Source: a virus. From it: a DNA stretch of 39,984 bases. The stretch lies in the IMG/VR virus record IMGVR_UViG_3300045988_141178; one strand, 5' to 3'. The notes under the pieces were generated by a model. It was not told the DNA's origin. It made no database searches and was given only the letters and a program-made list of their open reading frames with translations. Within the stretch, counting starts at the first letter, position 1; each line of letters opens with the position of its first letter. Below, in pieces: positions 17,755 through 28,251 of this stretch. Made by a program: the position numbers and the translations under genes.

Positions 17755-18660
17755 CTAGGCAGTTTTTTCTATATAGAATTGAATTCCATTATGTTTCTTA
17801 TTATAAATGAATACATCTTCGAAAGACTCTTCGAAATATGTCCATTTTCCTTTTGATAATGAACTTGGTTCTCCTAATTCAGCAAAATCATAACTAATTA
17901 CTGGAATTACTGCACTTGGATGTACTAATAACATTTTAACAGCTTTTGCGTCACTAGCAACTTCAAATCCATCTGTGTCTTTGAATATGAATTTAGATTT
18001 CATTACAGATGTTGGAACCCCTATTATTTCAACTTCTCCAATTCTATCTAATGATCTAGCAACGGCAGTATCTGTTGCACTTAAATTTCTAGCTGCTTCT
18101 TTTGCAGTATCAATTAATGTTTTTGTGTATGTGTCAGCATATAATAATCTTCCTGCTGCTGGAACTCTTGCCTCGTCCATTTTATCCATCATTGCATCAA
18201 ATTTTGTTAAAACATTTGCTAATGTTAAAACATCATCTGGTGTAACTGCTTCTATTGCATTTTTTAATGCATATAGTTCTGTGATCATCTCTGCATCCAT
18301 TTCTGGGAATTTTTGTTCCTCATTCATAACTTTTGTTATGTTTGATATAGATGCAACATGATTTGTTTCATCAATGTCGCGTGGGTGAATTAAAGTATCC
18401 CATGTTCTATGTCTTTTTAATACTTTTGTTTCCTCTGCATTATTGAAGTTTCTAGAGAATGTTCCTATTGAATCTCTATCTCCATTACTTCTACCTTTTA
18501 CAGATAAACTTGGTAAAATAACTGTATTGTTATTTAAAAATTTAACGTCTGGTTTTACAGCAGACCATAAAGCTCCAAAATACAATGTATATGGATAAGC
18601 TTGAGCTAAAGCTTGTGAATACTCTTTAGCATAATTTAGATTTGTTTTTGCAAATGCCAT
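17755..18660 (-). CDS. Major capsid protein
   Basis: 301 aa between scaffold and connector; NNNTVILPSLSVKGRSNGDRDSIGTFSRNFNNAEETKVLKRHRTWDTLIHPRDIDETN. Confidence 0.85.
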   Translation of the reverse strand: MAFAKTNLNYAKEYSQALAQAYPYTLYFGALWSAVKPDVKFLNNNTVILPSLSVKGRSNGDRDSIGTFSRNFNNAEETKVLKRHRTWDTLIHPRDIDETNHVASISNITKVMNEEQKFPEMDAEMITELYALKNAIEAVTPDDVLTLANVLTKFDAMMDKMDEARVPAAGRLLYADTYTKTLIDTAKEAARNLSATDTAVARSLDRIGEVEIIGVPTSVMKSKFIFKDTDGFEVASDAKAVKMLLVHPSAVIPVISYDFAELGEPSSLSKGKWTYFEESFEDVFIYNKKHNGIQFYIEKTA

Positions 18661-18679
18661 AATAATTTACCTTCTTTCT

Positions 18680-19321
18680 TTATTTATTTTTTATAGGTCT
18701 TACACCAGAAAAACCAAAATCAAATGCTGAAGAATTTGAACCTTGATTATTGTTAGTGTTCGCACCTACGACAATACCAACAGAATTTTGAACTTGTTTC
18801 TTTAATCCTGGTACATCATCGATAACCTTTTGTAGTGCTTGTTTTAAAGTTTCATCGTTTACTTTTCCCTCTTTATCAACACAATTTGAAAAATCAGCCA
18901 TTTTTAATAAATAAGGCATTGTTTTATTGTCTATATTTAATTCATCAACAAAGCTATATGCTTTTAATGAAATTTGCAATTTCTGATTTTTTAATTGTTC
19001 AGTTTTTAAAGAATTTTGAGTATCTGATAATTCTTTGTTTTGTTGCGTTGCTTGGCTTTCTCTTTGTGCCTTAAATGTATTAATTGCACTTTCCATTTCT
19101 TCAGCAGATAAGCCTTGCTTTTGAAAATAGCTTTTTAATATACTATCTTCTGTTTTTGCATTTCTTCCGTCAATCATTTCTTGTATTTTTGCATAATCTA
19201 CAACATTATTTGATTGTTGGTTTTGATTTGCATTTTGATTTGTTTGTTGCCCTGTAGTGTTTTGGGCATTATTTTGGTTAGAATTTGCGTTATTATTTGC
19301 AGTATTTCCTTCCATTTTCAC
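18680..19321 (-). CDS. Scaffolding protein (GP20-like)
   Basis: Gln/Asn-rich coiled-coil ORF immediately upstream of capsid. Confidence 0.75.
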   Translation of the reverse strand: MKMEGNTANNNANSNQNNAQNTTGQQTNQNANQNQQSNNVVDYAKIQEMIDGRNAKTEDSILKSYFQKQGLSAEEMESAINTFKAQRESQATQQNKELSDTQNSLKTEQLKNQKLQISLKAYSFVDELNIDNKTMPYLLKMADFSNCVDKEGKVNDETLKQALQKVIDDVPGLKKQVQNSVGIVVGANTNNNQGSNSSAFDFGFSGVRPIKNK

Positions 19322-19419
19322 TACCTCCTACTTTTTTAAGTCTTGAATTGACTATATTCTCACATGCTTTTTTAGACATCAGTGTTCGGTCATATAAAAA
19401 AGAGCCCTTAGGCTCTTAA

Positions 19420-19815
19420 TTAATCAACATATAAACTTCTTTGTAATTCCTCGTATCTTTCTTTTGATACTTTATATTGTTTGTCTTTAACCTTTACTGG
19501 TTTATTGTCTTTTAGTTTTTCATCTAAAATGAATGTATCTCCAACATTGTATATGATTCTTCCATCATATTTATCTCTAAAGATTTCCTTAACAGTTGGA
19601 ACTTTTTCAACTTCATTTGTAACTTGCACCTCTGCCTCTTGTTTTTCATTAGATGCATTTTCTTCAACTTTTTCCTCTTCAGCTGGAGCTTCAACTGGTT
19701 CTCCAGTGCTTGTGATTTCTTCAGTTTTAGGTTCTTCAACCTTTTCAGTTGTTTCTGTAACAACTTCCTCCTTGATTTCTTCAGCTTCTTTGTTTTCATT
19801 TTTTGTTCTTGCCAT
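19420..19815 (-). CDS. Hypothetical Glu/Lys-rich protein
   Basis: 131-aa ORF with SD, acidic low-complexity N-terminus. Confidence 0.6.
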   Translation of the reverse strand: MARTKNENKEAEEIKEEVVTETTEKVEEPKTEEITSTGEPVEAPAEEEKVEENASNEKQEAEVQVTNEVEKVPTVKEIFRDKYDGRIIYNVGDTFILDEKLKDNKPVKVKDKQYKVSKERYEELQRSLYVD

Positions 19816-19894
19816 TTTAAAATACCTCTACTTTCTTTTAAATTTTTTATATTAAAAAAGAGCCTTTCGGCTCTAAAGTTAATAACATATTTAA

Positions 19895-20128
19895 TTATTT
19901 GGTTTTGTCATAAATATAATCTGCAATTTTTTCTAACAATATACTTTCTGGTGTATCTATATAATCTTTACCCTTTAAATAATTGTTTGCTTTGTCATAT
20001 AAATACTCCATAAATTCTATCGCTTCATCTTCGCTAATATTGTCTATTTTAGTTAAATATCTATTTATTCTATCATCTTTTATTTTTTTCAATTGCTTTA
20101 CATCTTTTTCATTTATTATTATTTGCAT
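19895..20128 (-). CDS. Hypothetical protein
   Basis: 77-aa ORF, SD GAAAGG; same operon. Confidence 0.55.
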   Translation of the reverse strand: MQIIINEKDVKQLKKIKDDRINRYLTKIDNISEDEAIEFMEYLYDKANNYLKGKDYIDTPESILLEKIADYIYDKTK

Positions 20129-21638
20129 TGTCTATCTTTCCTTTCAACTTTTCAGCAGTTCTTGTATGTGTTTTATGAACAGTAGTTATTATTCCACTTT
20201 CTGGATTTATATACAATGTTGTCTTTTCTCCAATTGCTTTAAAACTTGGTCTGTTCTGTTCATCATATTCTATTTTACCACATTTTAGTTGATTATTCAA
20301 TGTTCCTATAATATCGTTAAGCTCTATTTCTCTTTGTCTAACTCTATCAATTAAATGTTTTGAAACATCTTGTATTTCAACACCATTTACTTTATGTCCT
20401 GCAACTTTGCTTTTTATAAATTCTTGTTGTTTAGCCTTTTCATATTCTCTAATATCATTAAAAGTTGTTGATGTTTTACTCTTAAACCTTTCTTTATATT
20501 CTTGCCATTGCAATCTTTTATTATGATATTTTTCTATATTTTCTGAATCTAAACTTCCTAATTCTAATCGTTTATATTTTTCAATGTTTCTGTCTATATA
20601 ATTAAGTTTTTGTTCCCTATTATATCTTGCAGTTTTTTCTTTTATTTGTTCGTGTGTAGGTGGCTCAACATTTGAATTTATTTCTGGAAAATATGTAACC
20701 ACTGTATCTTTGCAATTTGGATGAAATAATCGTTCCTTAACTGCTTTACTTAATAATGGATAACCTGTGGAATTGCTTTCTTCAGTAGTACCACTAGACC
20801 ATACATCATCAATAAATACTTTTCCTTGAAATTTAATGCAATAAGGACAACCTCCGCCACGATTTGGAACTAATACTGTATGAACTCCCCAAGCATCTCT
20901 TTTTTCTCCCTCTCCTTGCATGTGTGCTCTTGAATTTGCAGTTCTTATTGCCATTTCAACATAAGATTTTATATTTACTCTAGCACCATTTGCATATTCA
21001 ATATTATTTATTCCACCTTGCAAGAAATCATGTGTTGCCATATCTATTGCTTGTTGTGGTGTTCCGCTTCCAGTATTAGCATAAACTTGTGCATCAAATA
21101 TTATGCTGCGATATTTATCACTAGCATATCTTAATATTGATTTTTCAGCTTTTTCTAAATTATTCATTGTTTCATCTATTAGAGCATTTAGTTTCTTCTC
21201 ATCAACCTTAAAAAAAGCAGACTCGGATTGATTTACTTTACTGTAAATTCTACTAATCTGTTTTTTCTTAATTCTAGAGTTTTTACTCTTTTTATAGATG
21301 TGCCATAATTTATTTATCTGTTTATCATTAGATTGGAAATTTCCTTTATCAATAGCCTCTAATATCAATTTTTCTTGCTCTAGTTTTCCATTATCTCGGC
21401 TTTTTCTTAATAGGTCCTTTATATCTGTATTTATATTAGAAAAGGTTTTATTTAACCTCTTTTTATTTCTAATTTTATATACTTCCAATGATTTTAATTG
21501 TTCTGCTTGCCAAGCACTCCAATTCATTCCCTCTTTTGTTTCTTCTCGAAGATGTCTGCCTAGATTACTTGACATTGATTTTATTAAGATGTTTTCAATT
21601 CTTTGAAATGCTTGTGAAATATCATACTCATTATTCAT
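20109..21638 (-). CDS. Phage minor capsid / head morphogenesis protein
   Basis: …TANSRAHMQGEGEKRDAWGVHTVLVPNRGGGCPYCIKFQGKVFIDDVWS…SKAVKERLFHPNCKDTVVTYFPEI, typical phage minor capsid 2 family. Confidence 0.85.
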   Translation of the reverse strand: MNNEYDISQAFQRIENILIKSMSSNLGRHLREETKEGMNWSAWQAEQLKSLEVYKIRNKKRLNKTFSNINTDIKDLLRKSRDNGKLEQEKLILEAIDKGNFQSNDKQINKLWHIYKKSKNSRIKKKQISRIYSKVNQSESAFFKVDEKKLNALIDETMNNLEKAEKSILRYASDKYRSIIFDAQVYANTGSGTPQQAIDMATHDFLQGGINNIEYANGARVNIKSYVEMAIRTANSRAHMQGEGEKRDAWGVHTVLVPNRGGGCPYCIKFQGKVFIDDVWSSGTTEESNSTGYPLLSKAVKERLFHPNCKDTVVTYFPEINSNVEPPTHEQIKEKTARYNREQKLNYIDRNIEKYKRLELGSLDSENIEKYHNKRLQWQEYKERFKSKTSTTFNDIREYEKAKQQEFIKSKVAGHKVNGVEIQDVSKHLIDRVRQREIELNDIIGTLNNQLKCGKIEYDEQNRPSFKAIGEKTTLYINPESGIITTVHKTHTRTAEKLKGKIDNANNNK

Positions 21639-23196
21639 TTAATCCTTTCTCCTGTTTGTCTATTTCTTTATTTTCAGCATTTTCTGGATTATCTGTATTT
21701 TCTGTATTATTTGAAGTATCTTCTATGTCTACCTCATTTATATTTAGCTCTCCATTTAATGCTGGGATTTCTTCTTCAACAATACCTTGCTCTGCTTTTA
21801 GTCTTTGAATTTCTTCTTGTTTCCATTCTTCTGTTTTAGAATCGCCATATAATTCCTCCACACTTGCCTCAATTGACATTATTCCACCAGTTTTACCTTT
21901 GCTAATTGTTTCTATTTGTGCCTCAAAAGATGGATTTGCATATTCCCCAAACTTTACTGAAACATCTTTATCCTCTGGAAGTATGCTCTCCTTTTGCATT
22001 TGAGCATTAGCTTTTAACACTGTATTTATTACTGCTGGAATAAACTCTGATAAAGTTTCAATTATCATTCCACGAGTATAAAGAGTTGTTTTTTCTTTTT
22101 CTCTTTGTGCTTCAGCATTGTCTAGTTTCTTATTATCAATTCCAAGTGTTGATGGACTTATAATACCTTGCAAACATAAATCTAAAAATGTTATGTATGA
22201 TTGTAAATATTGGTCAGTTGGTATTTCTGGTTGTTCAACATCAATCTTATTTTGAGTATTTTCATTCATACTTGTTTGTGTTTTTATAAATTTATTATCG
22301 AATGGATTTGGCATTAAAACTTCTCCAGTTTCAGCATCTTTTGGAAGTAAATCTTCTGGAATATATTTAACTGCCCTACCACTTCTAACTGCCTCTAGCC
22401 ATTGTGAAGTGATTTCATCTATACTATCGAAAGAGTCATATTTTCCATCAAAAATTGATTCTCCTCTCCCAGCAAATTTTGAACTTTCATTAAACATTAT
22501 TGGAATAGCCCATATTGTTTCTTTATCAAATTTAATATCTTTGAGGTCCTTTAATTCTTCAACTGTATTTAACTTAACTTCTTTGTCATTATCATATAAC
22601 TTATATGTTATATATCCATATCCATAATCTTCTTCCAACAAATATACTTTATTATTTTGCTCATGATATGATTTGAATATAATATCTGTTAATCTTCCTC
22701 TTTTATATTTAAAATCAACTTTTGAACCATCAACCCATTCTAGAATTGCAATATTAGAAATACTTGGATCATAATTTATTTTTATTGCTCCATCTCCAAA
22801 AACAAGAGTATCAATAACTATCTTTTTTAACATTTTAGTATCAAACTTATTTTCTTTCTTTACTTCTTTCCAATAATCATCTGAAGCATCATCTCCAGAA
22901 TAATCTGTTACAACAGTATTAACTAATGTTTTAATTATTAATTTTGGAAGTCCAGTATGAGATTTCTTTATTCTTATATCTGCAGTTTGAGTAGAACCCC
23001 AAAATGTATCTGTTGCATAATGTAATTGACCATAAAATTCAGACAATTCATGACTATCTCCTCTGTACCATATTTGATTTCTAATGCAACTTGCTTGATA
23101 ATCCATATTCTCATTAATTACAAATGCTTGACCTTGTGCTGGTCTAATATTTAACCATGATTTAACCATTTCTCTTAACTTATCTCCTAACCACAT
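21631..23196 (-). CDS. Portal protein
   Basis: 521 aa; NPFDNKFIKTQTSMNENTQNKIDVEQPEIPTDQYLQSYITFLDLCLQGIISPSTLGID, adjacent to terminase. Confidence 0.88.
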   Translation of the reverse strand: MWLGDKLREMVKSWLNIRPAQGQAFVINENMDYQASCIRNQIWYRGDSHELSEFYGQLHYATDTFWGSTQTADIRIKKSHTGLPKLIIKTLVNTVVTDYSGDDASDDYWKEVKKENKFDTKMLKKIVIDTLVFGDGAIKINYDPSISNIAILEWVDGSKVDFKYKRGRLTDIIFKSYHEQNNKVYLLEEDYGYGYITYKLYDNDKEVKLNTVEELKDLKDIKFDKETIWAIPIMFNESSKFAGRGESIFDGKYDSFDSIDEITSQWLEAVRSGRAVKYIPEDLLPKDAETGEVLMPNPFDNKFIKTQTSMNENTQNKIDVEQPEIPTDQYLQSYITFLDLCLQGIISPSTLGIDNKKLDNAEAQREKEKTTLYTRGMIIETLSEFIPAVINTVLKANAQMQKESILPEDKDVSVKFGEYANPSFEAQIETISKGKTGGIMSIEASVEELYGDSKTEEWKQEEIQRLKAEQGIVEEEIPALNGELNINEVDIEDTSNNTENTDNPENAENKEIDKQEKGLNE

Positions 23197-24665
23197 TATT
23201 TATTATCTCCTATTCCAATTATCTTTGCATACGGTATAAATGAATATTGAACAGAGTTTACCATGTGGTCATTTCCATCTTCTGGGACACTGTCTTTATC
23301 TTCTAGCCATGAGTAAACCTCTAATTCATTTATATAATTTATACATGTATCAACAACATAAAAATAATCTGTTGCAAACCAACCTAATTGAGTGTTTATT
23401 CTGTCTATTATCTGCATTTTTGCTTTCCATGCACTATTAAATACATAAATACTTCCAAACTGCCTCTTGTATTTTTCAAATTCTTTAATAGTTGCTTGGT
23501 CTGCATTATCTATAAATACATCTTTAGCAAATCCCCATTCTTTACGATTTCTTTCTAGAAAATCAATAAAGTTTCTAACTGTATCACTTGGTGCTAATGG
23601 TGTTTGCAATTCAGCATTGTTATAAACTTTTTCATCTAATAGAATAAACTTTCCTTTATTGGTTACGCCTGCAAATGACATTGCTATTGTGTCTGGGCTC
23701 AAACTTGAATATGCTGTATCTAATCCAGCAGTAAATTTTATAAAATATTCTGACTCATCTGTTTTTACCCTCATTTTAGGTAACAATTGAATTGTTTCCT
23801 CTTTTTCATTAGTTCGTATGAATTGTTTTGCCTTTTCTTTTGTTATACAATGTTTTGTTCTATCAAAATTAACAAAAACAAGACCTGTGGTCTTGCCTCG
23901 TAACCCTAATATCTTATTTTTATATAATTTTGTACCAACTGGTACTGACTCTATAATTTTTCTTTGTTTTTCATCAGATAGACTTGCATTATCTTTGAAA
24001 GTAAAATACCACCATGTCCAATCTTCTTTATGTGGTTGATTTAATAAATCTAACAATTGTTTTGGTGCTGCGTCCTTATATTTATCTATTGGTCTGCTTT
24101 TATTTACATATTGAGTAAAACATTCTTTGTTAGGATCATCTGGATTCATTGTACATAATCGATAATCGGCACGCATAAATGCCTCTCTTACAAATTCCAT
24201 ATCTGCGATGTTAAACTCATCTATAAATAAACCATAATATTGACCACCTAATGCTTTTTTCCATCTTTTTTTATTGTCATAACCTAATACATATATTACT
24301 TTTATACCTTTTGGTGTATGAAATAATATATGTGGAAGTCTTATCTTACCTTTTCCAGTTGGATTGTATTCTATTTTTCCAGAATTTTTAGGATTATCTT
24401 TGTCATACTCTCCAAAAACATCAATCAATCCATGGTCTGAATTGATTATATTTTTTTCTATTGTTCCTAAATCTAGTCCGGAAATAATACTTGGTTTTGT
24501 TCCATCGTAATTAGCAATTTTAAACATAAATTTAGGAACTGCAACAGTTGTTTTGCCAGCTGATGTAGTTCCCTCTAAAAACTCTGCACTTGCATTATAT
24601 CTTAAAAAATCAAGAAATTTTGGCGAAAGTGGAAATGGACTATTCTGTATTTCTGACATCTTCAT
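23196..24665 (-). CDS. Terminase large subunit
   Basis: EGTTSAGKTTVAVPKFM (Walker A), YGLFIDEFNIAD (Walker B), FTAGLDTAYSSLSPDT nuclease region. Confidence 0.93.
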   Translation of the reverse strand: MKMSEIQNSPFPLSPKFLDFLRYNASAEFLEGTTSAGKTTVAVPKFMFKIANYDGTKPSIISGLDLGTIEKNIINSDHGLIDVFGEYDKDNPKNSGKIEYNPTGKGKIRLPHILFHTPKGIKVIYVLGYDNKKRWKKALGGQYYGLFIDEFNIADMEFVREAFMRADYRLCTMNPDDPNKECFTQYVNKSRPIDKYKDAAPKQLLDLLNQPHKEDWTWWYFTFKDNASLSDEKQRKIIESVPVGTKLYKNKILGLRGKTTGLVFVNFDRTKHCITKEKAKQFIRTNEKEETIQLLPKMRVKTDESEYFIKFTAGLDTAYSSLSPDTIAMSFAGVTNKGKFILLDEKVYNNAELQTPLAPSDTVRNFIDFLERNRKEWGFAKDVFIDNADQATIKEFEKYKRQFGSIYVFNSAWKAKMQIIDRINTQLGWFATDYFYVVDTCINYINELEVYSWLEDKDSVPEDGNDHMVNSVQYSFIPYAKIIGIGDNK

Positions 24666-25329
24666 CCCCCCACAACTGCTTATTTATACTTTCTAAAATA
24701 TCTGTTGTACCATTTGAGTTACTATCATTGTTTATATTGATATTTATGTTATTTTCATTGCTATTTTCTTTATTGCCTTGTTTTATTTTGAATTTCAATT
24801 CTATTGCTTTTCTTCTTTCATTTTGTACCATTATAAGAGATTTATTAAATTTATCTATCAATTCATCTGTTCTTTTTGCCTCTGTCGAAACCTGTGTTCC
24901 ATATTTATTCATTGATACAATTGTTAAATCCTTTTGTTTTGCTTTTAGCTCGTTAACTTTCTTTAAATATCTATATTCTAACATATCACAAGTATCTATT
25001 TCATGTTGAATTTGTTCCAATTCTGATGGTGTATTATTCAAATCTAGTATTGATTGTTCCTCTTCTGAAAATAAATTCCTAAATTTAGAATAATAACCTG
25101 TTACAACTGCATTTTGATTGTTTAATGGTGGTTGTGCATTTTTATTTCCTTTGTTTCCTTTGACTCCTCGACCGCCTTTGTTTCCTTTTGTTCCACCTCT
25201 TCTTTTTCTGTGCCAATCTTGAGTTTTTATAATAGAATTTAATTTTTTCAAAGTAATATGGTGTTTCTTGGCAATATCTTTTAATGGAACATTATTATCA
25301 TATTTTTCTTTAATCGCTTTAATATCCAC
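24640..25329 (-). CDS. Terminase small subunit-like (N-terminal HTH)
   Basis: MDIKAIKEKYDNNVPLKDIAKKHHITLKKLNSIIKTQDWHRKRRGGTKGNKGG…; adjacent to TerL. Confidence 0.75.
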   Translation of the reverse strand: MDIKAIKEKYDNNVPLKDIAKKHHITLKKLNSIIKTQDWHRKRRGGTKGNKGGRGVKGNKGNKNAQPPLNNQNAVVTGYYSKFRNLFSEEEQSILDLNNTPSELEQIQHEIDTCDMLEYRYLKKVNELKAKQKDLTIVSMNKYGTQVSTEAKRTDELIDKFNKSLIMVQNERRKAIELKFKIKQGNKENSNENNINININNDSNSNGTTDILESINKQLWGDEDVRNTE

Positions 25330-25350
25330 ATTACCTTATCATCCTTTCTA

Positions 25351-26364
25351 TTAAGATTTACCAAATATTGTATCGTAGAGTTCTTTATTATCTATGTATT
25401 CAGCTTTCATTCCATCTTCAAATGTCTGCCCTTTATATTTTAATTTTCCTAGTGTTGTCTGTTTCATTCTGCCTAAAATATTTGCACTTTCTTTTTCTTT
25501 CATAGAAGCGGTTACTTCTGTTTCTTTATTATTTATTAAATGGCATATATTATATGAATTGCCTTTAAATCCCTCTAGGTTTTCTATTCCACAACAACAC
25601 ATTGCATCTCCTAGAGTTCTCAGCCTATTTTCTCCACAATAAAATTTTAATCCATATTTGTGTGCCTCTTCTTTTAACTGAATAAAATCTTTTTGTAATA
25701 CTTCTTTTGGATATACAAAATCGCCTCCAACTTTTATCAATTTGCCTCTTTTTTTAGCAAACTTCATTCCCTCGACAACAACTCCATAAACTCCCGCTTC
25801 TGATAATCTTTTCATGTTGTCTTTAACATCTTTAAAAACTTGTGTCATATAAGGTTGTATTCTGACAATTACTCTTTTTACTTTCTTTGATAATATTTTA
25901 CACATTTCAAGTCTTTCTTCGTAACTAGGAGCTCCTAATTCTAATTTATCATATTGAGAACATATCATGCTTATTTGTACCACACAATTGCATTTACTTA
26001 ATAAATCTAAATATTCTTTTTCCACAATTAGTTTTCCCTTTGTGGAAACAATAAAAGGATATTGAGTTTTAGCCAATACTTTTAAGCATTCATAAGATAA
26101 TCTATATCTTTTTTCTGCTGGTTGAAATGGATCACTCATTCCTCCCCAATGAATAGGAATATTCCAATCGCACCAACTTAAATCATTACCCCTATGTCCA
26201 TTTATAAAGTTTTCTAATGCTTTTGCAGTTTCTCCTTTGTCTATGTCAGAAATATCTTTTTTTCTCTGAACAAAACAATATTTACAAGCATGTGAACAAC
26301 CTTTATAGGTATCAAACCTTATAGGTACATCACATAAAACAACTTGACTTCCACAACTTGGCAT
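25351..26364 (-). CDS. Radical SAM protein (spore photoproduct lyase-like family)
   Basis: YKGCSHACKYCFVQRK (CxxxCxxC), HWGGMSDPFQPAEKRYRLS, C-terminal Cys motif. Confidence 0.85.
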   Translation of the reverse strand: MPSCGSQVVLCDVPIRFDTYKGCSHACKYCFVQRKKDISDIDKGETAKALENFINGHRGNDLSWCDWNIPIHWGGMSDPFQPAEKRYRLSYECLKVLAKTQYPFIVSTKGKLIVEKEYLDLLSKCNCVVQISMICSQYDKLELGAPSYEERLEMCKILSKKVKRVIVRIQPYMTQVFKDVKDNMKRLSEAGVYGVVVEGMKFAKKRGKLIKVGGDFVYPKEVLQKDFIQLKEEAHKYGLKFYCGENRLRTLGDAMCCCGIENLEGFKGNSYNICHLINNKETEVTASMKEKESANILGRMKQTTLGKLKYKGQTFEDGMKAEYIDNKELYDTIFGKS

Positions 26365-26365
26365 A

Positions 26366-26968
26366 TTAGTCCACCTCCTTAATGACTTCAGCAGTCATCA
26401 ATTCGATTAACTTATCTTTTCCAAATAATTTAACATAAGCTAAAAACTTCTCTTCATATACCTTATCGATAGTAAATGTCATTGAAAATTTATTTAATGG
26501 ATTTATTCCAACATCAGAAAAATCTTCATTTACTAAATCTTCGATAAAATCCGTTTTTAGATTTTCAATTTCCTCATCTGAAAAACCAGTTATGTATTTT
26601 TCTTCTTCATCAAAGTCAATGTTTGTAAAAATGTCTTTTAATTTTTCATTGTCCCAGTAACCAGTATTTTTATTTAAAGATAAATTCAGTTCTATTTCAT
26701 CAACCTCATCTAAATCTACTAAAATACATGGTATTTCCTTATAGCCTAATTCTTTTAAAATATTATATCTTTGGTGTCCACCAACTATTGTATATAATCC
26801 ATTTCTTTTATTAACTACTAGTGGAGCTACCATTCCAAATTTTGTGATGCTTGCTTTTATTCTTTTGTAAACATCATCTTCTGGTTGTAGCTCTATCCTT
26901 GGATTATATTTAGCTGGTCGTAATTTTGCTAATTCCATAGTTCTAATTTCTGCATTTTCAATTTTCAT
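26366..26968 (-). CDS. ParB-like nuclease domain protein
   Basis: LAKLRPAKYNPRIEL…KFGMVAPLVVNKRNGLYTIVGGHQRYNILKELGYKEIPCILVDLDEVDEIELNLSLNKNTGYWD. Confidence 0.88.
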   Translation of the reverse strand: MKIENAEIRTMELAKLRPAKYNPRIELQPEDDVYKRIKASITKFGMVAPLVVNKRNGLYTIVGGHQRYNILKELGYKEIPCILVDLDEVDEIELNLSLNKNTGYWDNEKLKDIFTNIDFDEEEKYITGFSDEEIENLKTDFIEDLVNEDFSDVGINPLNKFSMTFTIDKVYEEKFLAYVKLFGKDKLIELMTAEVIKEVD

Positions 26969-27082
26969 AATATACCTCTTTTCTAAAACACAATTGAAAA
27001 TATATTATAAAAAGAGAGGCAACCCCATTTTTCAAGGATTACCTCTGCTACATAACTATGATAATACTATAATAGCACATTA

Positions 27083-27514
27083 CTATTTGCTTTTTCTTGC
27101 TTTTTTTTGCTCACTTTGATTTTTATCTAATTTATCGAACTCATTTAATGCCTCTCCATTAAGATGACAAGTCTTATAATAACTATAATTAACGGCTACT
27201 GCAACCTCTTCTAATGATTTCCCATTTATATAATTTTCTTGTAAAATTGTTGCGTAAAGTGGTGGTAATTTATCAAGTTGTCCATATAATTCGCTAGTAT
27301 ATTCTCTAAACTCTTTTAATATCTTATTCAAAATTTCGTTTTTTTCATCAAAGAAGTTTTCAACATCATAATTGGTTTTATTTTTTGCATGAGGCATTCC
27401 ATCAAGTTTTTGAGTAATATTTGTAACTCTTGTTTCCTCTTCTTCAAGGAACTCAAGTTTTGATTTAATATATTTCTTTTTATTCCTAAATTCTTTTAAA
27501 TCTTTTCTAGTCAT
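27083..27514 (-). CDS. DUF1492/ArpU-like late regulator with sigma-70 region 4-like HTH
   Basis: LDKLPPLYATILQENYINGKSLEEVAVAVNYSYYKTCHLNGEALNEF. Confidence 0.7.
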   Translation of the reverse strand: MTRKDLKEFRNKKKYIKSKLEFLEEEETRVTNITQKLDGMPHAKNKTNYDVENFFDEKNEILNKILKEFREYTSELYGQLDKLPPLYATILQENYINGKSLEEVAVAVNYSYYKTCHLNGEALNEFDKLDKNQSEQKKARKSK

Positions 27515-27561
27515 AGTATCACTCCTAATCTTCTTTTGTAAATTAGGTGTCGTTGGATTCT

Positions 27562-27963
27562 TTAATTTTTATTTTCTTGTTCTTCTATTGCAATTTGCCA
27601 ATCTTCAGCCAACATATCTGCTTGGCTTGCTAACCAGCCCAATTGTACTCCTGATGTTCCTACAAATGCTATTGCTTTATTTCCTATTGCATCATGTTCA
27701 GCATTTATTATTTCATCAATAGAATTTTCATAACTGATATTAGTTGCTAATTCTATGTATTGGTTTTTACCATTCCAACCTTTCCTTTGTAATTTTTCTC
27801 CTTCTTTTAATAGTTGAATAGCTTTTCCAAAATCAAATACATCCGTTTTTTCATCTTGTTTTTTTGTTATTTCTCTATATCTACTACTCATTATTATTAA
27901 TTTATCATATTTTTCTTGATCCACCGTTATTGTCGGTGTGTAAAAAGCTCTATCTAATGCCAT
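27562..27963 (-). CDS. DUF2829 / Tad2-like (candidate anti-Thoeris) protein
   Basis: FGKAIQLLKEGEKLQRKGWNGKNQYIEL…GWLASQADMLAEDWQIAIEE. Confidence 0.75.
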   Translation of the reverse strand: MALDRAFYTPTITVDQEKYDKLIIMSSRYREITKKQDEKTDVFDFGKAIQLLKEGEKLQRKGWNGKNQYIELATNISYENSIDEIINAEHDAIGNKAIAFVGTSGVQLGWLASQADMLAEDWQIAIEEQENKN

Positions 27964-27966
27964 CTT

Positions 27967-28251
27967 CTATTCCTCCTCTATTTTTATACATCTATTTTCA
28001 AATTTTTTATAAGCATCAAAATACAATTCCTTTTTATCTCCGTTATATGTACATTCATAATACATTCCATCAAATAGGCTTGTACTTAATAATGCCTTAT
28101 GATTTTGTAATGTTTTACTATACCAAACATCAAAAACTTCAAACTCTGGAACATTATCACTTTTATCTAAATGCTCCATTGCATAATTTCTTACTATGTC
28201 TTTACATTTTAAAATAAATTCATCACTACCCATATTATTTTTCCTCCTCAA
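27967..28251 (-). CDS. Hypothetical protein
   Basis: 94-aa ORF with SD. Confidence 0.55.
   Translation of the reverse strand: MRRKNNMGSDEFILKCKDIVRNYAMEHLDKSDNVPEFEVFDVWYSKTLQNHKALLSTSLFDGMYYECTYNGDKKELYFDAYKKFENRCIKIEEE

Noticed and set aside
19524-19799. 91-aa minus-strand ORF nested in 19420-19815
   Set aside because: Alternative frame of low-complexity Lys/Glu codons; no independent RBS evident.
19481-20013. Plus-strand ORFs (124 and 129 aa) opposite hypothetical protein and scaffold region
   Set aside because: Antisense low-complexity translations of the E/K-rich gene 19420-19815.
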